A stretch of DNA of 64,000 nt, taken from contig OZ244621.1 of NCBI GenBank assembly GCA_965218425.1, positions 3,488,001 through 3,552,000 of the forward strand, read 5' to 3'. Below, in pieces: positions 29,997 through 39,914 of this stretch. The position numbers and the translations under genes are program-made. This stretch comes from an uncultured Candidatus Binatia bacterium. GTDB taxonomy: Bacteria; Desulfobacterota; Binatia; UBA9968; CAXXLF01. The notes beneath the pieces were generated by a model. It was given only the letters and a program-made list of their open reading frames with translations, had not been told where the DNA came from and searched no databases. How positions within the stretch are numbered: position 1 is the stretch's first letter; every line of letters starts with the position of its first letter.

Positions 29997-31208
29997 ATGG
30001 CAACGACACAGGAAATATTGAAAGTGGGTATCGCAGGACTTGGGTTCGGCAGCACGGAATTCATTCCGACCCTGGAACGCCTGCCCCAGATCGAACTGGT
30101 TGGCGGTGCGGACCTCCGGCCTCAGGCCCGGGAATCATTCAAGGCACGCTTCGGTGGAAACGTTTACGAAAGCGTGGCGGAGCTTTGCGCTGACCCTGAG
30201 GTTGAGGCGGTTTGGATCTCTACCCCCAATCAATTTCATGCGGAGCACGCGGTCATTGCTGCCGAACATGGGAAGCACATGGTGGTTCGTAAGCCCCTGG
30301 GGATATCCATGGAGGAATGCAGCCGAGTCCTGGAAGCGGTGAATCGAAAGGGAGTGAAACTTCTTGCCGGCGGCCAGACCCAAGGCACGAGCCCCCTGGT
30401 TCATTGGCTGCGGCAGCTGGTGACGTCGGGAGAGTTAGGCCGGCTGAGAGCGATTCAATTACTGGCCTATACGGGTTGGATGATGCGGCCGCGCATGCCC
30501 CAGGAGGTGGACGATAGCCGGGGGGGTGGGGTCGTATGGCGCCAGGCTCCCCACCAGTTGGAGGTGGTGCGTACCATTGGAGGCGGGTTGGTCAGGAGCG
30601 TGCGCGCCATGACCGGGCGGTGGAGACCCGAGCGGCCCCACGGTACCGGCCACTACGCCGCTTTTCTCGAGTTTGAAGACGGGACCCCGGCGACCCTTAC
30701 CTATAATGGCTACGGGTTTTTCGACAGCGTGGAACTCACCACGTGGGGCGCGGATAAAGGACGCGAAGGGCGGGTGAAGTTCCGAAAGGCTCTGCTGAAC
30801 AAGGAGATGGATGAGGAGGCGGGCAAGGAGTCGACTCGGTTTGGAACAAAAGGGGAGAGAGTCGTTGTAGTTGGGGGAAGAGAAGGAAGGCCCTGGCTGC
30901 CGGGTAACCTGGGGCTGTTTATTGTAAGCTTTGATGAGGGCGATGTTCGCATGTCCTCCAAGGGACTGTGCATCCATGATCTCGAGGGGATCCGAGAGAT
31001 CGAGGTCAATCAACCGGGTGGGGAAGGCATGTCTCTGGACACGGAGGTAATGGAACTCTATAACGCAGTGAAGCATGGCCAGTCCCTGTTCCATGATGGA
31101 CCTTGGGGCATGGCCACTGCCGAGGTGCAATGGGCGATCCTGGAGTCGGCTCGGCGGCGGAGTGAAGTTTTTCTCAAGCATCAGGTCCCTGTGCCGCAGG
31201 GCCACTGA
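29997..31208 (+). CDS. Gfo/Idh/MocA oxidoreductase (phthalate 4,5-cis-dihydrodiol dehydrogenase-like)
   Basis: GIAGLG, ISTPNQFHAEH, RPRMPQEVD..GGGVVWRQAPHQ, YNGYGFFDS. Confidence 0.85.
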   Translation: MATTQEILKVGIAGLGFGSTEFIPTLERLPQIELVGGADLRPQARESFKARFGGNVYESVAELCADPEVEAVWISTPNQFHAEHAVIAAEHGKHMVVRKPLGISMEECSRVLEAVNRKGVKLLAGGQTQGTSPLVHWLRQLVTSGELGRLRAIQLLAYTGWMMRPRMPQEVDDSRGGGVVWRQAPHQLEVVRTIGGGLVRSVRAMTGRWRPERPHGTGHYAAFLEFEDGTPATLTYNGYGFFDSVELTTWGADKGREGRVKFRKALLNKEMDEEAGKESTRFGTKGERVVVVGGREGRPWLPGNLGLFIVSFDEGDVRMSSKGLCIHDLEGIREIEVNQPGGEGMSLDTEVMELYNAVKHGQSLFHDGPWGMATAEVQWAILESARRRSEVFLKHQVPVPQGH

Positions 31209-31307
31209 GCCTCGGCGGGAAGAATTTTCATTGCCTGACAAATGTGATATCTTCGGGTAGCTTTCCGGGCCAGGAGAGTTTTTAAGTGCCTGAAAGGAGC
31301 GGACGAA

Positions 31308-32426
31308 ATGGCAGAGGATCAAATAGAGAAAATAGACGAATCGAAACTACCTCGAGTTGATACCTACCAGGAATGGCAGGAGTCCCAGGGAATCCCCATC
31401 GTCAGGGGTTTTTTTGTGCAAGATATAAAGACGCTGGAAGTTGCCCCCTGGGATCTCAAGGGCGGCCTTGCCTCCTTCGTCCAATTGGATGGCACCGGGG
31501 GGATCAACGATGCCTATGTGTGTGAGATTCCCGCGGGAGGGAAACTCAAGCCGCAAAAGCACATGTACGAAGAAATGGTTTATATCGCCAAGGGCCATGG
31601 GGCCACTTCCGTTTGGCAAAATGAGGGGAAGAAACACACCTTTGAGTGGGGGCCAGGGAGCCTCTTCGCCATACCCATGAATGCTCGTTACCAGCACTTC
31701 AACGGCAGCGGCAGTGAACCGGCCCGATACTTCGCAGTGACGAACGCCAGTTTCATGATGAATCTTTTTCATAACCTGGACTTTATTTTTGGAGATGATT
31801 TTTCGTTTACGGACCGGTTTGACCCCAACACCGATGATTTCTTCAGCGGCAAGGGAACTCTCTATGGCCGCTTTTTCATGTCCACCAATTTTGTGCCGGA
31901 CACGCACACGGTGCAATTGTACGACTACCGGGAGCGAGGCGCCGGGGGGAGCAACATCAAGTTTGATTTGGCCGGAAACACCATGTGCGCGCACATCTCG
32001 GAGTTTCCCGTCGGCACCTATAAGAAGGGCCATCGCCATGGTCCCGGTGCCCATGTGTTGATCTTGAGCGGTCAGGGTTGTTCGATTCTTTGGCCTGAGG
32101 GAGAGGGTCGAACAACTGTCAATTGGAGTCCTGGTAGCGTGGTGGTTCCCCCGGACAAATGGTTTCATCAACATTTTAATTACGGCGCCACACGGGCGCG
32201 GTACCTCGCGCTGCGCTGGGGAAGTTGGAAGTACCGCTTTGCGACACTGGGTGAAGGAGCGGAAGGATCCACCTACAAGAGCTTAAAGGAAGGCGGAGCC
32301 CAGATCGAGTATGAGGATGAGGACCCCCAGATCCACCGGGACTTTGAAGCGGCCGTGGCCAGGTCAGGCGCAGTCTGCGGAATGGGTAAATATCACCCCA
32401 ACTGCACTCAGAGGAAAGCCGCTTAG
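31308..32426 (+). CDS. Bicupin protein
   Basis: QKHMYEE, HRHGPG, WFHQHFN. Confidence 0.85.
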   Translation: MAEDQIEKIDESKLPRVDTYQEWQESQGIPIVRGFFVQDIKTLEVAPWDLKGGLASFVQLDGTGGINDAYVCEIPAGGKLKPQKHMYEEMVYIAKGHGATSVWQNEGKKHTFEWGPGSLFAIPMNARYQHFNGSGSEPARYFAVTNASFMMNLFHNLDFIFGDDFSFTDRFDPNTDDFFSGKGTLYGRFFMSTNFVPDTHTVQLYDYRERGAGGSNIKFDLAGNTMCAHISEFPVGTYKKGHRHGPGAHVLILSGQGCSILWPEGEGRTTVNWSPGSVVVPPDKWFHQHFNYGATRARYLALRWGSWKYRFATLGEGAEGSTYKSLKEGGAQIEYEDEDPQIHRDFEAAVARSGAVCGMGKYHPNCTQRKAA

Positions 32427-32498
32427 CTCGATTGAATTTTGAATTACGGATTCGGAATAGAGATGTCATAGAGCGCAGGCTTAAAGGGAGGAGAGATT

Positions 32499-33683
32499 AT
32501 GCTGACCAAAGAACAAAACGAGAGGATGACGCGGGTGGGTCCTGGGACACCAGGGGGCGAGTTTCTTCGTCGTTATTGGTTCCCTGTGGCAGTGGCCGCG
32601 GAGTTGACGGAGGAGAACCCCACCAAGTTTGTTAAAATCCTCGGGGAGAACCTGGTTCTCTTCCTGGACAAGTCGGGACGGGTGGGCCTCATTGAAGACC
32701 GCTGCGCTCATCGGGGGGCATCACTGGTATACGGGAGAGTGGAAGAGCGGGGCATTGCCTGTGCCTATCATGGATGGCTCTATGACGTGGAGGGCAACTG
32801 TTTGGAGACCCCGCCGGAGCCGACGGAAAGTAAGTTTAGACTGACCATAAAGCAAAAGAGTTATCCGGTACAAAGATTCCTGGGACTGTACTGGACTTAT
32901 ATGGGGCCGCAGCCGGCGCCTGTTATACCCAAGTATGATGTGTGGGTGCGTAAGGACGGCGTCAGGAAGATCTTTATTCAGCCTCAGCTCGATTGCAACT
33001 GGGTGCAGGCCATGGAGAATTCAGTGGATCCTGCGCATCTGCAGATTTTGCATCAGAACACAGCCAACAGGGGCCGAACACCTCCCAGCACCACGAGAGG
33101 GTTCACCGACGACGTGGAGAAGTTCGAATGGTATGAGGTTCCTTACGGAATCATGAAGAAGCGGACCTACAAGACCGGTAGGATGGACGAACACCCGCTG
33201 ATTTTTCCAAATATCCTCCGACAGGCCAATTGCACACAGATCAGAGTTCCCATGGACGATACCCATACCAGGATCGTCTTCATTCGATTCTTTGCCGGCA
33301 AGGATGGAAGCACCGTTGAGCAAGAGGGAGACCCGCCGGTGCAGCATGTTGAACCTTACAAGGATCCCCCGGATACGCTCCACCCCTTCACTCGATTCGA
33401 TATCAGCCAGGAGGTGCAGGCCCAGGACCACATGGCATGGGAAACCCAGGGTCCCATTGCGGATCGAACCAACGAGCGGCTGGCCACGTCCGACCACGGC
33501 GTGGTCATGCTTCGGGAGATGTTGCTGAGTAATATTGACAGGGTGGAGAAGGGTCAGGACCCCAAAGGGGTGATCAGGGACCCCGCACACGGGATGATCG
33601 ATACCAACCTTTCGGAATCGCTGGTGGGACCCGAGACTAGGCCGGAGTATAGAGAGATGGCAAGTCAGGACTCCCAGCCGTAA
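32499..33683 (+). CDS. Rieske oxygenase (phthalate 4,5-dioxygenase-like)
   Basis: CAHRG...CAYHGW; ENSVDPAHLQILH. Confidence 0.9.
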   Translation: MLTKEQNERMTRVGPGTPGGEFLRRYWFPVAVAAELTEENPTKFVKILGENLVLFLDKSGRVGLIEDRCAHRGASLVYGRVEERGIACAYHGWLYDVEGNCLETPPEPTESKFRLTIKQKSYPVQRFLGLYWTYMGPQPAPVIPKYDVWVRKDGVRKIFIQPQLDCNWVQAMENSVDPAHLQILHQNTANRGRTPPSTTRGFTDDVEKFEWYEVPYGIMKKRTYKTGRMDEHPLIFPNILRQANCTQIRVPMDDTHTRIVFIRFFAGKDGSTVEQEGDPPVQHVEPYKDPPDTLHPFTRFDISQEVQAQDHMAWETQGPIADRTNERLATSDHGVVMLREMLLSNIDRVEKGQDPKGVIRDPAHGMIDTNLSESLVGPETRPEYREMASQDSQP

Positions 33684-33715
33684 AGCAATCTCCCCGGCAT
33701 TCTCGAGATTCTAAA

Positions 33716-33752
33716 GTAACCCAGCCACCTGGTTTCAGGGTGGCCGGGTTAC
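33716..33752 (+). terminator. Strong intergenic hairpin (terminator or mRNA-stabilising stem)
   Basis: gtaacccagccacc...ggtggccgggttac inverted repeat after Rieske stop. Confidence 0.5.
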
Positions 33753-33928
33753 CGATCCATTAACCTTTCCTCCATTCTTTTCGTGCCGTGGGGTTTTACC
33801 AAAGGCCCTCTGCGCGGGTATTTGCCTCTTGCCGGTCGCGGGGGTGTTGTTGTATTGTCCTCTATGAGTTTTCACGAGACGCATTGACGAGACCTGTTTC
33901 ATTTCATGTAATTTTGGGAGGTTCGATT

Positions 33929-35047
33929 ATGGCTGAAGAAAAAATGGATTTTTGGAATCTTAAGACTCCTTATGATCAGTGGATGGAAACCCAGAATATC
34001 CCGATCCACGAGGGTTATTACGTCGAAGATTTAAGGACGTTGAGTCTTGGACCTTGGAAGGAGCGGGGCTGCAACGGCGCATTCCTCAAGCTGGCCGGGC
34101 AGGAGGGAGTCTCCCAGGCGTATGTTACGGAGATACCGCCCGGTGAGACCCTTCCTCCCTACAGGATGGCTTTGGATGAGGTGATTTACGTAGCGGAGGG
34201 AAGGGGGCTCACTACCATCTGGGCGGGGGACCGGCCCAAGAAGGTCTTTGAATGGCAAAAGCACAGTCTGTTCATGATCCCCGGGGGGCATCACTACCAG
34301 CTCGGCAACGCCCAGGGCAACCAATCCGTGCGGTTGCTTCACTATTCCTATCTCCCCGTGGCCATGGGTATTTTGCACCATCCGGACTTTTTCCTGAACA
34401 ATCCCTACGTGGATTTCGATACCCTGTACGGTGACAACGGCTCGGAGTTCTACGCTCAGGCAAAGGTCACGAAAGGGGCTGGATCCAGAGTGGGGAGTCA
34501 GATGAACGTCTGGTTTGGAAACTTTTTTCCCGACATGAGGGCGTGGGACAGGCTCCAGCCCTTTAAAGGGAGGGGCGCGGGCGGCCACGTGGTCTGGATA
34601 GGTTTCCCCAAATCTCCCATTTACTGTCACATGTCGGTGTTCCCTTCCAAGACATACAAGAAAGCTCACAGGCACGGGCCCGGCGTGGTGATTATCATCC
34701 CGGCGGGAGAGGGCTATTCCATCATGTGGCCGGAGGGCGGGGAGAAAGTGGTGATCCCCTGGCATGAAGCCAGTGTATTCGTGCCGCCCAACCGGTGGTT
34801 CCACCAGCATTTTAATGTGGGAGCGACACCCGCCAGATACCTTGCCTCCCATGCCCCAAGGGTCACCAGGGGCGCCGGCGAGAGGGTCGAGGACAGACAG
34901 AGAGACCAGATCGAATATCCGGACGAAGACCCCTGGATCCGCCAAAAATTCGAGGAGGAGTTGGCAAAAAGGGATTTGAAGTCCGATATGCCTGGCGGGG
35001 CTTACAAGGATAAGGACTTCGAGTGGGAGTACAAAGAAGGCAAATGA
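33929..35047 (+). CDS. Bicupin protein
   Basis: HRHGPG, WFHQHFN; GGAGG RBS before ATG 33929. Confidence 0.85.
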   Translation: MAEEKMDFWNLKTPYDQWMETQNIPIHEGYYVEDLRTLSLGPWKERGCNGAFLKLAGQEGVSQAYVTEIPPGETLPPYRMALDEVIYVAEGRGLTTIWAGDRPKKVFEWQKHSLFMIPGGHHYQLGNAQGNQSVRLLHYSYLPVAMGILHHPDFFLNNPYVDFDTLYGDNGSEFYAQAKVTKGAGSRVGSQMNVWFGNFFPDMRAWDRLQPFKGRGAGGHVVWIGFPKSPIYCHMSVFPSKTYKKAHRHGPGVVIIIPAGEGYSIMWPEGGEKVVIPWHEASVFVPPNRWFHQHFNVGATPARYLASHAPRVTRGAGERVEDRQRDQIEYPDEDPWIRQKFEEELAKRDLKSDMPGGAYKDKDFEWEYKEGK

Positions 35048-35255
35048 TATGGAGGCCTGCAAGGTGAGATCCGCGGCGGGGACATATGGGTAAGCTCCCA
35101 ACCGCAATCTTGGCATAAGTGCTTTGCTGTCCCTGGTCGGCTTTCGGTCAAACCGGTCCCGACCGCAAGGCGCAATGGCGAAGAACGAAAGAGGCGGCCG
35201 GAAAAGAGGACAAGCTGTCGGTTTTCTTGTTCCGACGGGACAACATCGAAATTTT

Positions 35256-36434
35256 ATGCTTACATCGCAGGAAAACGAGAGATTGACCCGCGTGGGCCCG
35301 GATACGCCCGGCGGCAGCTTGCTTAGGCGCTACTGGCACCCCGTTTCGGTTGCCCAGGAACTCACGGAAGAGAACCCCGCCAAGTTCGTGAGAATCCTCC
35401 GTGAAGACCTCGTGCTTTTTCGTGACAAGCAGGGAAGGGTGGGGCTGATTGGAGACCGCTGCCCGCACCGCGGGGCGTCCCTCTCCTATGGCAGGGTCGA
35501 GGAAAGGGGCATCGCCTGCGCCTACCACGGTTGGCTGTACGACGTGGAGGGCAACTGTCTGGAGACTCCTCCCGAGCCTGCCGACAGCAAGTTCCGCCTC
35601 ACCGTAAAGCATACGGCCTACCCGGTGCAAAGATTCGTCGGCCTCTATTGGGCCTACATGGGGCCGCCGCCCGCGCCGGCATTGCCGCGGTATGACCTGT
35701 TCGTGCTGAAGCAGGGGAAGAGACGCATCACGGTGCATCCCACCCTGGACTGCAACTGGTTTACCGCCGCCGAAAACGCCGCCGATCCCTCCCACCTTCA
35801 GGTTCTGCATCAGGTCTTGCCCATGAGCAATAGAAGACCCGCCGATACCACCCGGGGATTCACCGACGATATCGAAGATTTCGAGTTTTACGAAACCCCG
35901 TACGGCATCATGAAGAAACGGACGTACAAGAACGGAGTCGTGGATGAACACCCCCTGATCTTTCCCACGCACCTGAGGACACGCGGCTCGATCTGGCTGA
36001 GAACTCCCATCGACGATACCCACACTCTTCAGATCGTTGTCGGCTTCCGGCTCAATGAGGACGGCGGTGAGACGGAAGAAGGGGACCCGCCGGTGGAATA
36101 CCTCAAACCGTACAAGGATCCTCCCGACGCGATTCACCCTTTTACAAAATTTGACATGAACGTGCCCTACGGCCAACCGTTGGCCCAGGACGTGGTCATG
36201 TGGGAGACCCAGGGCCCCGTCGCGGACCGCACCCTGGAACACCTGGCCACCTCCGACCGGGGCGTGGTCATGCTGAGGGAGATCATGGCGAGGGAGATTG
36301 AAAAGGTGGAGAAAGGACTCGACCCGCTCGGCGTCGTCAGAGACCGGGATCATTCGATGATCGACACCAACCTGATGAAATCCATCACCATGGACTATCC
36401 GACCGGCATCGCGGCGAAGTCCGCGGTGGGTTAA
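35256..36434 (+). CDS. Rieske oxygenase (phthalate 4,5-dioxygenase-like)
   Basis: CPHRG...CAYHGW; ENAADPSHLQVLH. Confidence 0.9.
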   Translation: MLTSQENERLTRVGPDTPGGSLLRRYWHPVSVAQELTEENPAKFVRILREDLVLFRDKQGRVGLIGDRCPHRGASLSYGRVEERGIACAYHGWLYDVEGNCLETPPEPADSKFRLTVKHTAYPVQRFVGLYWAYMGPPPAPALPRYDLFVLKQGKRRITVHPTLDCNWFTAAENAADPSHLQVLHQVLPMSNRRPADTTRGFTDDIEDFEFYETPYGIMKKRTYKNGVVDEHPLIFPTHLRTRGSIWLRTPIDDTHTLQIVVGFRLNEDGGETEEGDPPVEYLKPYKDPPDAIHPFTKFDMNVPYGQPLAQDVVMWETQGPVADRTLEHLATSDRGVVMLREIMAREIEKVEKGLDPLGVVRDRDHSMIDTNLMKSITMDYPTGIAAKSAVG

Positions 36435-36494
36435 GGGGGAAATTTCAATTGAACGCAATCCTGCATCGAGGAAAGAGAAAGCACGGAGGGCGGC

Positions 36495-37613
36495 ATGGCT
36501 GACGCGAGATCGAATCCGACCGGAGGCGTCTCATCCTATGAGCGTCTGATCGAGTCCACCGGGCTGCCCATACATACAGGGTACTACATGGAAGATTTGA
36601 GGACCCTGGAGCTTGGATGGTGGGAGGCCCGTCAGTGTTCCGCCGCTTTTCTTCAGCTTACAGGCCAAGAGGGTGTGACCGGTGCCTGCGTTACGGAAGT
36701 CCCTCCCGGAAAGAGTCTGCCTCCGTTCAAGATGGCCGTAGACGAAGTCATCTACGTGGTGCAGGGGAGAGGACTCACGAACGTGTGGGCGGAGGGGTCG
36801 CCGAAAAAGACGTTCGAGTGGCAGAAGCACAGCATGTTCTTGGTCCCGGCGAACTATTCCTATCAGCTCTGCAGCGTTCAGGGCGACCGGCCCGCAAGGC
36901 TTCTCCACTGTAGCTACCTCCCTCTTGCCATGTCGGTGATTCCTAATCCGGATTTCTTCTTCAAGAATCCGGTGGTGGATACGGAGATTCTCTATGGAGA
37001 GGGTGATTTCTATTCCGAGGCCAGGACCATGAGCCGGGGGAGCGATGGCCGCCCCATTGCCAGCCCGCGCGGAATGGATATCTGGTTTGGAAACTTTTTC
37101 CCTGACATGAGGGCGTGGGATAAGCTCCAACCGTTCCGCGGTAGAGGGGCCGGGGGGCACGCCGTCTGGATCGGATTTCCGGGATCTCCGCTGACGGCCC
37201 ACATGTCGGTCTTTCCGTCGCGTACTTACAAGAAGGGCCACAGGCATGGTCCGGGCTTCATGATCGTGATCCCGGTGGGGGAGGGTTACTCCGTCATGTG
37301 GCCGGAAGGCGGAGAGAAGGTCGTCATTCCGTGGCATGAAGCCAGCGTCTTTGTTCCTCCCAACCGATGGTTCCATCAGCACTTCAACGTCGGTCCGGCG
37401 CCGGCCAGGTATCTTGCTATCCACCCGCCGCGCGGGCTCGACGGGGTCAGCGAAAAGGTGGAAGACAGAGCCAGGGACCAGATTGAATATCCCGACGAGG
37501 ACCCCGCGATCCGAAAGAGGTTCGAGGAAGAACTTGCGAAAAAGGGTTTAACCACGCTCATGCCGGAACAGGCGTACGGCGAAAAGGGATACGAGTGGGG
37601 TTACGGCGCTTGA
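36495..37613 (+). CDS. Bicupin protein
   Basis: HRHGPG, WFHQHFN; close paralog of 33929-35047. Confidence 0.85.
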   Translation: MADARSNPTGGVSSYERLIESTGLPIHTGYYMEDLRTLELGWWEARQCSAAFLQLTGQEGVTGACVTEVPPGKSLPPFKMAVDEVIYVVQGRGLTNVWAEGSPKKTFEWQKHSMFLVPANYSYQLCSVQGDRPARLLHCSYLPLAMSVIPNPDFFFKNPVVDTEILYGEGDFYSEARTMSRGSDGRPIASPRGMDIWFGNFFPDMRAWDKLQPFRGRGAGGHAVWIGFPGSPLTAHMSVFPSRTYKKGHRHGPGFMIVIPVGEGYSVMWPEGGEKVVIPWHEASVFVPPNRWFHQHFNVGPAPARYLAIHPPRGLDGVSEKVEDRARDQIEYPDEDPAIRKRFEEELAKKGLTTLMPEQAYGEKGYEWGYGA

Positions 37614-37699
37614 GATTTGGATGAGAGCGGACATGGTGTTGTTGACCGGACTCATCAACGTGTGTAGGGTCCGAACGGATTATCGGAAGGAGGGCTATC

Positions 37700-38659
37700 A
37701 TGGCTGAAATGGTATTGGGAATGGGGATTTCCCACGGGCCGCAGCTGGGGATGCCGGCCGAGAAGTGGCACTTGCTTCGTGAAAAGGATCAAAACGATAA
37801 AAGGTTCAGCTTCACCGACCTGCTGGCCGCGCGAAGATCGGCGGGGATCGAGAAGGAGATTACGCCGGAGAAGATGAAAAAGAGATACGATGACTGCATG
37901 AAGGCCCTGGCCGGGTTGAAGGAGACTCTTGACGGAGTCTCCCCCGACGTGCTGGTGGTGGTGGGGGACGATCAGCACGAACACCTGTTGGACGATAACA
38001 TGCCGGTGTTTTGCATTTACCGGGGCGCCTCCGTGGACGCGGTGAAAAGGCAGGGGAGGCGGCAGGCGGCCTGGATGCAGGCGGACGAGGAAGGGCGGGC
38101 GACCGGTCTCAAGAGCTATCCTTGCGCCCCCGAGTTATCGGAGCACTTGATCAGGGATCTCATTCGGAAGGGGTTCGACGTGGCCTGCTCCAACCAGCTC
38201 AGGCCCGAGGTGGGTTTGGGCCACGCATTCACGACCATGTACCGGCAGGTTATGCCGGAAGGACGAATCCCCATCGTGCCCTTCATGGTGAATACGTTTT
38301 ATCCTCCCAACCAGCCTACCCCCCAACGATGCTACGAGCTGGGTCTGGCCCTGAGAGAGGCCATTGAAAGCTGGGACGGAAATAAGCGGGTGGGAGTCAT
38401 CGCCTCCGGGGGATTGAGTCACGTCATCATCGATGAAGAGATCGATAGGGACACCATCGAAGGCTTGCAGAAAAAAGACAAGCGGAAGCTCTTTTCCCTC
38501 CCCGTGGAAAAACTGGTATTCGGAACCTCGGAGATCCGGAACTGGATCGTGGCGGCCGGCGCCTTCGAGCCCATGGACATGAAGCTTATCGACTACGTCC
38601 CCTGCTATCGCTCCGAGGCCGGCACGGGCTGTGCCATGGGCTTCGCCGAGTGGCAGTGA
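37700..38659 (+). CDS. Extradiol ring-cleavage dioxygenase, LigB/class III (DesZ-like)
   Basis: ISHGP, VVGDDQHE, LGHAF, ASGGLSH, GTSEIRNW. Confidence 0.88.
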   Translation: MAEMVLGMGISHGPQLGMPAEKWHLLREKDQNDKRFSFTDLLAARRSAGIEKEITPEKMKKRYDDCMKALAGLKETLDGVSPDVLVVVGDDQHEHLLDDNMPVFCIYRGASVDAVKRQGRRQAAWMQADEEGRATGLKSYPCAPELSEHLIRDLIRKGFDVACSNQLRPEVGLGHAFTTMYRQVMPEGRIPIVPFMVNTFYPPNQPTPQRCYELGLALREAIESWDGNKRVGVIASGGLSHVIIDEEIDRDTIEGLQKKDKRKLFSLPVEKLVFGTSEIRNWIVAAGAFEPMDMKLIDYVPCYRSEAGTGCAMGFAEWQ

Positions 38660-38738
38660 TGGAGAAGTGCGTGTGCCGGGATTGCGCCCCGGCACGTAAA
38701 ATCATAGGTTGGCTCGAATCGCTCTCGAGGAGGATATC

Positions 38739-39866
38739 ATGAGTTCGATCGGCAAAGTTAAGTATCTGGCCGTTGCCCTGTTGGGCTTTTTCGTTTTGAC
38801 GTTGGCGGGTGCTCATAGCGCTCGAGCCGATTGGCGTTCGGAATGGGATAAAACCGCCGCCGCGGCAAAAAAGGAGGGGCGCCTTGTTATTTACGGAGGG
38901 GAAGAGATCACTCACCCGGAGATCCTGAGCGAGTTCAATAAAAAATTTCCCGAGATCAAGATCGTCACCGGCTCGGGCCGCGGGAGCACGCTCGGACCCC
39001 GTATCCTTGCCGAGCGCAGGGCGGGCAAGTACCTGGTGGACTTGTTTGCCGGCGGTCCCGGCACGCCTTACCGCGTCCTTTATCGCGGGAAGGCCCTGGA
39101 TCCCATCAGCCCGGCCTTTTTTCATCCCGAGGTCACGGACACCTCGAAGTGGTACGCAGGCAAGCATCACTACGCGGACCCCAAGGGCGCGTACCTTTTC
39201 ATATACGAAGGGAGCATCTCCGGCGGGGCGTCGATCTATTACAACACCGACGCGGTTGATCCAAAGGAGCTCAAGTCGTATTTCGATCTGCTGAATCCCA
39301 AGTGGAAGGGCAAGATCAGTTTTTACAACCCGACGGCCACCGGCGGAGGCCTCAACAGCGTTATCTCCCTCTACAACAACCCGAAGCTCGGCCCTGAATA
39401 TATCAGACGCCTCTTCGGAAAGATGGATGTCACGATCTTTCGCAGCCGGCGTCAGGGGCCCGACTGGCTGGCCACGGGAAAATACCCTCTTTGCTTTTCT
39501 TGCAGGGATATGAGACGCGCCATGCGGCAAGGTCTTCCGGTGAATCAAATCCTGCCGGGCAGCCTCAAGGAGATGGAGCCCGTCATAGGCGGAGGGGGCA
39601 GCAGTGTAGTCGTCCTCATCAACAGGGCTCCGCATCCGAACGCGGCCAAGCTCTTTCTCAACTGGTATCTCTCCCGCGAAGGGCAGATGGTGTGGCAACG
39701 GGTAATGAACGAGGTTGTTATCGAGGCGTCGGATTCCATGAGGAACGATATCCCGAAAGACAACGTGATGGTGGCGTCGAAAAGGGTCGATGGGGTCAAG
39801 TACAAGGTGATCGACTTTCGCGACCCTCGACCTTCACTCAAGCTGATGCGGGAGCTTTTGCAATAG
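38739..39866 (+). CDS. Orphan ABC substrate-binding protein (iron/thiamine-type family)
   Basis: Signal peptide, AAAKKEG, DLLNPKWKGK, APHPNAAKLFLNW. Confidence 0.85.
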   Translation: MSSIGKVKYLAVALLGFFVLTLAGAHSARADWRSEWDKTAAAAKKEGRLVIYGGEEITHPEILSEFNKKFPEIKIVTGSGRGSTLGPRILAERRAGKYLVDLFAGGPGTPYRVLYRGKALDPISPAFFHPEVTDTSKWYAGKHHYADPKGAYLFIYEGSISGGASIYYNTDAVDPKELKSYFDLLNPKWKGKISFYNPTATGGGLNSVISLYNNPKLGPEYIRRLFGKMDVTIFRSRRQGPDWLATGKYPLCFSCRDMRRAMRQGLPVNQILPGSLKEMEPVIGGGGSSVVVLINRAPHPNAAKLFLNWYLSREGQMVWQRVMNEVVIEASDSMRNDIPKDNVMVASKRVDGVKYKVIDFRDPRPSLKLMRELLQ

Positions 39867-39914
39867 GTCCCGCGGAATCCGTAAGCAATCCCGGCTTTAT
39901 TCTAAGGAGTCGAA

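Noticed and set aside
35148..36458. 436-aa minus-strand ORF (also 34031-35116, 36531-37424, 38586-39698, 39897-40832, 61482-62564)
   Set aside because: These are antisense shadows of well-supported genes in GC-rich DNA and have no recognisable motifs.
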